From PVC group bacterium (GTDB taxonomy: Bacteria; Auribacterota; Erginobacteria; Erginobacterales; Erginobacteraceae): 64,000 nucleotides of DNA. The notes beneath the pieces are model-generated. The model had not been told where the DNA came from. It did no database searches and was given only the letters and a program-made list of their open reading frames with translations. Shown here in pieces: positions 57,350 through 64,000 of this stretch. How positions within the stretch are numbered: the stretch's first letter is position 1; each line of letters begins with the position of its first letter. Both the position numbers and the translations under genes were made by a program. The DNA lies in contig JAZDIV010000043.1 in assembly GCA_043804695.1 (NCBI GenBank), forward strand, positions 12,736 through 76,735, in the 5' to 3' direction.

Positions 57350-58117
57350 ATGCCACTAAATCCAGATATCACCCCTTATTTCCATATCGATCCTTGGTAT
57401 TCTCCCGATGAGCACAAGGCAGTCTGGGAAGAGTATCAACGCCGCCTGGAGAAGGTCTCGATCATTATTCCGGCTCGTAATGAAGAGAATAACATTGCCG
57501 ACATCGTAAATTACTGCCGCCTCTATGGAGATGAGCTTATAGTGGTTGACGGGCATTCCACTGACGGGACCAGGAAGATAGCGGATGGGCTCGGCTGCCG
57601 GGTGATCGAGGACCACGGCAAAGGCAAAGGTGATGGCCTGAGAACAGCCGCCCAAGCGGCGACAGGCGATATTCTGGTATTTATTGATGCCGATTACTCA
57701 CATCGGCCGGCCGATATTCCCCGTTTGGTAGCACCGCTATTGCGAGGGGAATCCGACCTGGTGATCGGCTCCCGGATTTCAGGAGGTTCGGATGAGGCTA
57801 TGATTACTTTCGATCATCTGATCCGGTTGGTAGGTTCTCAAATGATTGCTTTTGGAATAGCACTAATTTTTGGCAAGCAAATCACGGAAGTGGAGAACGG
57901 GTTCCGGGCCATCAGAAGAGATATCTTTATTTCTCTGGAGTTGAAGCAGAATGACTTTACGATCGAACAGGAGATGGTTATCAGGGCACTTCGGAAACGC
58001 TATCGGGTGATGGAAGTTCCCACTCACGAATATGCCCGGAGGGGCGGTGAATCCAAGCTGAAGACAATACAGGGCTGGAAATTTATCCTCAATTTTTTCC
58101 AGGCCTTGTGGTTTTAG
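57350..58117 (+). CDS. GT2 glycosyltransferase (polyprenol-phosphate type)
   Basis: SIIIPARNEE, VVDGHSTDGT, GKGDG, FIDADYSH, IGSR, RRGGESKL. Confidence 0.9.
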   Translation: MPLNPDITPYFHIDPWYSPDEHKAVWEEYQRRLEKVSIIIPARNEENNIADIVNYCRLYGDELIVVDGHSTDGTRKIADGLGCRVIEDHGKGKGDGLRTAAQAATGDILVFIDADYSHRPADIPRLVAPLLRGESDLVIGSRISGGSDEAMITFDHLIRLVGSQMIAFGIALIFGKQITEVENGFRAIRRDIFISLELKQNDFTIEQEMVIRALRKRYRVMEVPTHEYARRGGESKLKTIQGWKFILNFFQALWF

Positions 58118-58149
58118 CCGTCCGCCGCCGGTAACCGGCATTGCCTACA

Positions 58150-59211
58150 ATGATTTCATCGTACAGGAATTTGGCCTGGAATATCCTGCTGGCGAATTGT
58201 AATCGCTTGAAGCGACCTTACAAATTGCTGCTGGCGCTCACGTACCGATGCAATCTCCGATGCCGGTATTGTCAGATCTGGAAGAGACCGCCGGGAGCGG
58301 AGATGGAGATAAAGGAAATAGAAACTTTTTTCGCCCGGCAGCCGTATTTCTCCTGGATTGACCTGGGAGGGGGGGAAGTGACCCTCCGGCCCGATCTTCC
58401 CGAAATTATCAAAATTATAGTCTCCAGATCTCCGCATCTTGTCTTGCTCCACTTTCCCACCAACGGTTACCTTCCGGAATCGCTCTTTACCGCTGCCCGC
58501 CTGGTAAAGAGATTAAAGGTACCGCGTTTCATTGTGACAGTAAGCATCGATGGTCCCCCTTCGGTCCACGACCGGCTGCGGGGTATGAAAGGAAGTTTCT
58601 CTAAAGTTCTTGAAGCCTTTGAAGGATTGCGCCGCGTTGAAATGACCGAGGCGTATTTGGGGATGACCCTCGGAACGGAAAACTCCGGGTTAATCGAAGA
58701 GACGTTTCAATCCGTAAAAAAAGTGCTGGGCTGGGTGCAGAAATCTGATTTCCATTTCAATCTCGCCCACAATGCTTTTTACTACAACAACCTGGAAACC
58801 CGGGTATCTCCTCCAACAGACCTTGCCGGGATGCTCCGTCGGGTCAGCCACTGGCCCTCGCCGCGGTGGAGTCCTCAAAGTATACTGGAGCGTCGCTACC
58901 TTCGGCTGGCCGAACGGTATTTAGCATCCGGAAGGAGCCCCCTGCCCTGTTTCGCTCTGCGCGCTTCGTGCTTCATCGATCCTTCCTGGCAAGTCTATCC
59001 CTGCGTTGGTTATGAACGGACGCTGGGCAACCTGCGGGACAATGAATTCGACCTCTCCCGGGTCTGGAACGGACCGCGGGCGCGACAAATTCGGGAGGAG
59101 ATCGAAAGCGGTAATTGCCCTCAATGCTGGACACCCTGCGAAGCTCACCAATCGATACTGGGGAACGCATTGTCGTTCATTAACAGAAGGAATTTCCGGG
59201 GACATCCATAG
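58150..59211 (+). CDS. Radical SAM protein with SPASM/twitch domain
   Basis: TYRCNLRCRYC, GGEV, SIDG..HDRLRG, C-terminal CFA..VYPC..CPQCWTPC. Confidence 0.9.
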   Translation: MISSYRNLAWNILLANCNRLKRPYKLLLALTYRCNLRCRYCQIWKRPPGAEMEIKEIETFFARQPYFSWIDLGGGEVTLRPDLPEIIKIIVSRSPHLVLLHFPTNGYLPESLFTAARLVKRLKVPRFIVTVSIDGPPSVHDRLRGMKGSFSKVLEAFEGLRRVEMTEAYLGMTLGTENSGLIEETFQSVKKVLGWVQKSDFHFNLAHNAFYYNNLETRVSPPTDLAGMLRRVSHWPSPRWSPQSILERRYLRLAERYLASGRSPLPCFALRASCFIDPSWQVYPCVGYERTLGNLRDNEFDLSRVWNGPRARQIREEIESGNCPQCWTPCEAHQSILGNALSFINRRNFRGHP

Positions 59212-59291
59212 GACTCTGGAATTACTACTCTGGCCGTATTTTAGTTTGCATTGTTGCAGCCGGCATCCTTGAGAAAGAAGCACGTAAACTT

Positions 59292-59393
59292 GTCATTGCG
59301 AGGACCCCGAACGAAGTGAGGGGGACGAAGCAATCTCTTCTTATGCAATTGTTTGAGATTGCTTCGCCCCGATAAATCGGGGCTCGCAATGAC
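59292..59393. repeat. GTCATTGCGAG...CTCGCAATGAC palindromic intergenic repeat
   Basis: Nested IRs CGAAGCAATCTC/GAGATTGCTTCG; between convergent genes. Confidence 0.75.
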
Positions 59394-59470
59394 TGTAGTC
59401 GTTGATGGAAAATACTATAACAGTCGGATTAATAACTTCAAACAACGACAGAACCCGGAAGCAAGCCGCT

Positions 59471-60895
59471 TCAGGAGAGATACCTGAGGTAATTCTTCCG
59501 GGCCCGCCAGAACATCCTCATCACCTCAAACCAGGAGATCGGTTTCTCTGACTTGTAGCGCCACATCGAGGAAATCACGAAAAACCCGAAGAACAATCTC
59601 GGGCTCCGGATCCGGACCAGCCGACGGAAGAGCGGGATCAGGAACGGCAGCTTCATCGCCAGGTGAGAGATCTTCTGGACCCGCTCCACCTCCTCGATCC
59701 CCGGGTAGTTGAAGACGCTGTTGAGGTGGACCCCCCTAAACTTCTCGCTCTCGAGGTATCCGGGCTCGAGAATCCCGGCCTCCAGGGCCATCTTCTCGAT
59801 CCCGCTTCGGGGGAAGGGCAGCAGGATATTGGAGCACATAAAGTCGGTCTGCAGCCGGATGTTGAACCGGATGTTCTCAAAGGCCTCCTCCACCGTCTCG
59901 AAGGGAAGGCCGAAGATATTGGTGGTCTGGAGCTTTATCCCGTGCTTCTTCACCAGCCGGGCGCATTCGATCATCTGCTCGTCGGTTACCCGTTTATTGA
60001 GAACCTGGAGCCGCTTCTCCTCGTTCGCCGTCTCCACCCCGAAGGTCACCGTGTGGCAGCCGGTTTCCTTAAGGAGAGCAGCCAATTCCTCGTTCATCGC
60101 CGGGGCCGTCACCGCGCAGAAAAAAGGCAGGCCGATCTCCTCTCGGTAGAGCCGGGAAAATTCCTTCAGCCATCCAAGGTCGAGGACGAAGAGATCGTCG
60201 AGGAAACAGACCGACTCCATCCCGTATCGCTCCTTCACCGTCCGAATCTCCCGGATCAACTTGGACGGCGATTTCCTCCGGACGTATTTCGCCCGCCCTT
60301 GGTAGAGGTCCCGGTAAACCTGGTGGCAGCAGAAAGAACAGGAGTAGGGACAGCCGCGGGAGGCGATGAACTGCTTTAACTTCTCGTCGCGGAGCGCCGG
60401 ATACTTCCGGAAATATATCTCCCGGTCCTCGTCGGGGAGGCCGTCGAGGTCAGGGACCAGGCTAGGCTGATCGGATTTGAGAATTTTCCCATCCCGCTTC
60501 ACCCAGAAGCCATCCACCACTTCCGGCCGGCCCGTCTTCTCCAGACCCTTGAGGAAAGCGGGAAAGGAGTACTCCCCCTCCCCCACGCAGACCGCGTCCA
60601 CGGCAGAGTGCTCGATCATCTCCGGCACCGCGGTGGCGTGGATGTACCCGGCGACCACGGTCAGGGAGGGCAGCCGCCGCTTGATCTCCCCGGCGGTCTC
60701 CATCATCCAGCGGTATTCGTGGCTCATCACCGGCAGGGCCAGCACCTCCGGCCGGAATTTGACCACCGCCCCCACCGGATCTTCCTCGAGGTCGCCGACA
60801 AAGACCTCCCGCTCGTACTCTCCCGGGAGACAGGCGCTGATCGACATCACCCCGAAATAGGGGAAGGGATATTTCTGCAGAAAAGCGATCCTCAT
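59471..60895 (-). CDS. B12-binding (class B) radical SAM protein
   Basis: GYIHAT, GEGE, ASRGCPYSCSFC, FLDDLF, FGVET, IFGLPFET. Confidence 0.9.
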   Translation of the reverse strand: MRIAFLQKYPFPYFGVMSISACLPGEYEREVFVGDLEEDPVGAVVKFRPEVLALPVMSHEYRWMMETAGEIKRRLPSLTVVAGYIHATAVPEMIEHSAVDAVCVGEGEYSFPAFLKGLEKTGRPEVVDGFWVKRDGKILKSDQPSLVPDLDGLPDEDREIYFRKYPALRDEKLKQFIASRGCPYSCSFCCHQVYRDLYQGRAKYVRRKSPSKLIREIRTVKERYGMESVCFLDDLFVLDLGWLKEFSRLYREEIGLPFFCAVTAPAMNEELAALLKETGCHTVTFGVETANEEKRLQVLNKRVTDEQMIECARLVKKHGIKLQTTNIFGLPFETVEEAFENIRFNIRLQTDFMCSNILLPFPRSGIEKMALEAGILEPGYLESEKFRGVHLNSVFNYPGIEEVERVQKISHLAMKLPFLIPLFRRLVRIRSPRLFFGFFVISSMWRYKSEKPISWFEVMRMFWRARKNYLRYLS

Positions 60896-61069
60896 AAAAT
60901 TAGGCCGGGTATAATTGATTGAAACGGCGCAAGCAACTGTTTTTCTCCGCCGATGGTTTAAATATCCGATTGCCGGAAGGGGTCAACCGGTGCAGCCGGG
61001 AATCGGACCGGCATAATAGACGAAATCGCGATCACCCGCATCTCATACTTCTGTGAGATATGGAACAGG

Positions 61070-62575
61070 CTATTCCGGCCAGGAAGCCGATACCGCTGTC
61101 TTTTTCCCTGCGTGCTGGTCCGCGATAACTTCAAGCTCCTGAATGTAGGCCCAGGCCGACCAGATCGGATATCGGGATTTATGCCGGCGGATGGCCTCTG
61201 GATCTTTCCTGTCCCGCCAGATCGTTCGGGAGGTGACATAATCCATCTCGCCGACATTTTCATAGAGGGTCTGGAGAAATCGGATGTCTTCGTTGATCCG
61301 GAGGAAATTATACGCCATCACCATCATCAGGAAAAGAAGCAGCAATTTGTTCAATACCCCGCGGAAAAATCCGGAGTTGCGAGACAAAAGCACCGCCAAA
61401 GGAACCGGGAGGAAAATTGCCAGCAAAGCCCCATAGTACAGGGAATACTTCAGGATGTACCCTTCTTCCCAATATACCCTGGCGATGGCATGGCTCATGA
61501 ATATGACATAGATTATAAACACGGCGACAAAGCGTAAAACCAGTCGGCGCAACGAGGGAGCCAGATTCTTGAACTGGAAGGCGAAATAGACAAGCAGTAT
61601 CGCCAGAAATATGATCCCGCGCCAGAACCAACCCCAGGGTACCAGCTGTGTCCAGAGCAGATTACGCGCGGTGAGCAGAAGGTAACGCGGGCCGAAAAAA
61701 GTCGGCAGCAAGGGACCGGCTTCCGGATCCTGAGTATAGTCGTGGAAATAGTCAACAGATACACCTCCGGGCGTGAGTAGATTCAACAGATATGGGCAAA
61801 TTACGAAAGTGAAAAAAAATGCCATTATCAGGAGCGCCAGGTAACCGATGAGCGGAAATTTCCTCTTCCGCCAGGGGCAAAAGATCTCCGGGAAGAGGAC
61901 GGGAACCATAAAATAAAAGAACCAGGTTGTTTCATCGGTAAAAAAAGCGAGTAACATAACGGCGAGCATCAGGAGAAACCGCCGCCGCGCGCGCGGCGAG
62001 AAATAAGAGTCGGTCCGAACCTGGTGATCAACTATTGCCCCCAGGTAAAAAACGACAAGGCAGAAAAAATTAGCCAGCGGCTTGGCCGGGAGAGCCATCT
62101 TGTTGATCCCAAACAAATTACCCGTGGACAGGGTAAAAAGAATGGTCGCGATCCAGGCCGCCGAGCGATCCCCCGTCAATTGATGCCCCAGCTTGAACAT
62201 CATCAACGGAGATAAGAACAGAACAAATAGCCAGACCAGAGAGATGCTCGGGTGGGGCGGAATGTAGTTGAAGAGCCAGATCCGGACCTTGGTGTCAACC
62301 AGGGAAACCAGGTCTGTAAAATATCGCAATCGGGTGATCGGACCGATCTTGTACCCATCCCAACCATCCTGGAAAACCCGGGTAAAATCTTCCCAGCGCA
62401 ACTCGGGGCCGTTGGCGATCGCCCGGGGGAAAAATTTATGCGCGTTGTCGAAATCCTGCCAGCACAGGCTGTAGGAAAGCGCGAGGTAAACCATATAGGC
62501 AAAGGCGGCCAGGAAGAGCACTTGATAAAACCGGCCGCGGAGAACCCGGGCAATAGTGTTGACCGCTGGTTTCAA
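61070..62575 (-). CDS. Polytopic membrane protein, putative GT-C (family C)
   Basis: PPHPSISLVW, LSTGNLFGI, PAKPLA, TDETTWF, SLYYG. Confidence 0.55.
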   Translation of the reverse strand: MKPAVNTIARVLRGRFYQVLFLAAFAYMVYLALSYSLCWQDFDNAHKFFPRAIANGPELRWEDFTRVFQDGWDGYKIGPITRLRYFTDLVSLVDTKVRIWLFNYIPPHPSISLVWLFVLFLSPLMMFKLGHQLTGDRSAAWIATILFTLSTGNLFGINKMALPAKPLANFFCLVVFYLGAIVDHQVRTDSYFSPRARRRFLLMLAVMLLAFFTDETTWFFYFMVPVLFPEIFCPWRKRKFPLIGYLALLIMAFFFTFVICPYLLNLLTPGGVSVDYFHDYTQDPEAGPLLPTFFGPRYLLLTARNLLWTQLVPWGWFWRGIIFLAILLVYFAFQFKNLAPSLRRLVLRFVAVFIIYVIFMSHAIARVYWEEGYILKYSLYYGALLAIFLPVPLAVLLSRNSGFFRGVLNKLLLLFLMMVMAYNFLRINEDIRFLQTLYENVGEMDYVTSRTIWRDRKDPEAIRRHKSRYPIWSAWAYIQELEVIADQHAGKKTAVSASWPE

Positions 62576-62657
62576 TCAACTTTCTCCAGTAACGGTTCGG
62601 AACGGCGCGGCGCGAAATAGATTAAATAATTTTTGCACCCGGAAAACCCCGTTTGGA

Positions 62658-63230
62658 TTATTCACCGGCTGACAGATTTTCAAACCTGGCCGCTTTTTCA
62701 TTCGATTCCTCGAGAAAATATCCGAGTCTCCTAATCCTAGAATCTATCAAACACTGGCTGTTTGGATCTTCTTCAGAACCGGACGAGCGCAGGCGAAAAA
62801 CCAGCGACCTGGCCCCGGCATAGCATCCATCCAGCTGAAACCTGATTATGCGATATTCCTCGGTGGATTTCCAGCCCAAGGATTGCGCCCGCTGGTCCAG
62901 TTCTTCCATCTTCTGATAACTAACGGCCAGTCGTTGGTAGATAGGATCTTCCGACAGCGGCTTTTTCCAGGGCGATTCCCTGCGCAGGGTTTCCCAGGTA
63001 TCCGTCTTCAGCCTCCCCCTCTCCTCGACCCCCGGGGGGTACGGCCAGTCCCCCCCGCAACCGCCCAGGAAACAGAACGCGGCCAGCAACAATATCGGGA
63101 AAAAAGTTCCCGCTTCGGCAGGCTGACCGGATGGACGGGACCCTATGAACTTCTGCCTGTACGCGGGCGGAAAAACAATCTTCATAGATGCAACCTGATC
63201 AGGAACATTGAAGTGCCGGGGCCATCTCAT
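62658..63230 (-). CDS. Hypothetical protein, possible lipoprotein
   Basis: Fills the gap in a minus-strand run with ATGA overlap; LLLAAFCFLGGC; start uncertain. Confidence 0.45.
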   Translation of the reverse strand: MRWPRHFNVPDQVASMKIVFPPAYRQKFIGSRPSGQPAEAGTFFPILLLAAFCFLGGCGGDWPYPPGVEERGRLKTDTWETLRRESPWKKPLSEDPIYQRLAVSYQKMEELDQRAQSLGWKSTEEYRIIRFQLDGCYAGARSLVFRLRSSGSEEDPNSQCLIDSRIRRLGYFLEESNEKAARFENLSAGE

Positions 63231-64000
63231 TTTATTATCCCCGGACTTCCTTGTCGTGGCACTCCGATATTTGGTTCCTTTCGCTTCCTCTCCTGACGAT
63301 AATAATAAGCGATATACAGCAACAGAGCCAGCACCGTGCCGTAGGAAACAACAAATGGAAGCACGAACTTCCAGTGACGGGAATTGAAATAAAAGCGTAC
63401 CCGGTGTTTGCCCGCCGGGATTTGAACTGCCTGCAGAACATTATACGCCCGGATGAGACGGGCTTTTGCTCCGTCGACTTCAACACTCCAGGGGAAGAAC
63501 CAGAATTCGGAGAAGACCACTACGGCTGGACGGGGAACAGTGACATCCACGGTCATCTCGTCCGATTTGCGCCTGACGAGGGATATATCTTCTTTCCCTT
63601 CCGAAAACTCGGCGGACGGTTTTATCACGGAGCCGGTGTCGGCATCGTTGAGATACGCTGTTTTCTTTACTTCCAAATCTCCGCCGGCGAGGCCCTCGAG
63701 AAAGGCTTTATCCTCCATCAATTCGGTTTGATAACGGATAAACACTTCCTTCTCCACTCCGGGGTTGATTCTCACGTGCTCATCCACCACCTCGAGATGC
63801 TCCAACCCTACTTTACTAGTGTCCTCCTCATCCCAGCTGGCAAAGTACCCATCGAGGTCGACCAGATATTTTACATTAAGCAAATCCCACATCGGATTGG
63901 CCCAGTCGGCAAATATTACTTCCTGGAGTTTCTTTACCCGCAACATCTCCTCATCAAAATAGAAATAGGGAAAAATCGGGCGGATACCATCAGAGATCGC
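63227..64000 (-). CDS. C-terminal part of a YfhO-like membrane protein (family D), truncated by the window end
   Basis: DLLNVKYL, VVFSEFWFFPWSVEVDG..RAYNVLQAVQIPAGKHRVRFYF plus terminal TM. Confidence 0.75.
   Translation of the reverse strand, partial: AISDGIRPIFPYFYFDEEMLRVKKLQEVIFADWANPMWDLLNVKYLVDLDGYFASWDEEDTSKVGLEHLEVVDEHVRINPGVEKEVFIRYQTELMEDKAFLEGLAGGDLEVKKTAYLNDADTGSVIKPSAEFSEGKEDISLVRRKSDEMTVDVTVPRPAVVVFSEFWFFPWSVEVDGAKARLIRAYNVLQAVQIPAGKHRVRFYFNSRHWKFVLPFVVSYGTVLALLLYIAYYYRQERKRKEPNIGVPRQGSPGIIK

Overview
GC-rich bacterial chromosomal segment that is almost entirely a very large cell-surface glycan locus. It holds a Wzx-like flippase, GT4 and GT2 glycosyltransferases, two O-antigen-ligase/Wzy-like proteins, a Wzz/Wzc-like co-polymerase, and many tailoring enzymes: methyltransferases, a formyltransferase, a deacetylase, an ATP-grasp ligase, a CapA-like protein, a DegT aminotransferase, oxidoreductases, four radical SAM enzymes, a sulfatase-like/arylsulfotransferase pair and an SGNH-TPR protein. 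There are also about 11 polytopic GT-C-like membrane proteins in four paralog families. Two mobile or repeat systems stand out. (1) A complete IS1111-type IS110 element (25078-26582). Its right-end non-coding region contains readable bridge/seek-RNA guide segments matching both its own insertion site (a host intergenic CACGAAG repeat) and its circle junction. An unoccupied 14-bp exact match to the target guides lies at 17882-17895. (2) A RAYT-type HUH transposase framed by 28-bp inverted repeats. The same repeat recurs as two REPIN-like doublets that bracket murB and are translated as parts of host proteins. One YfhO-like gene is interrupted by a single in-frame TAG. No rRNA, tRNA or CRISPR array was seen. 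All calls come from reading motifs by eye; no database searches were run.
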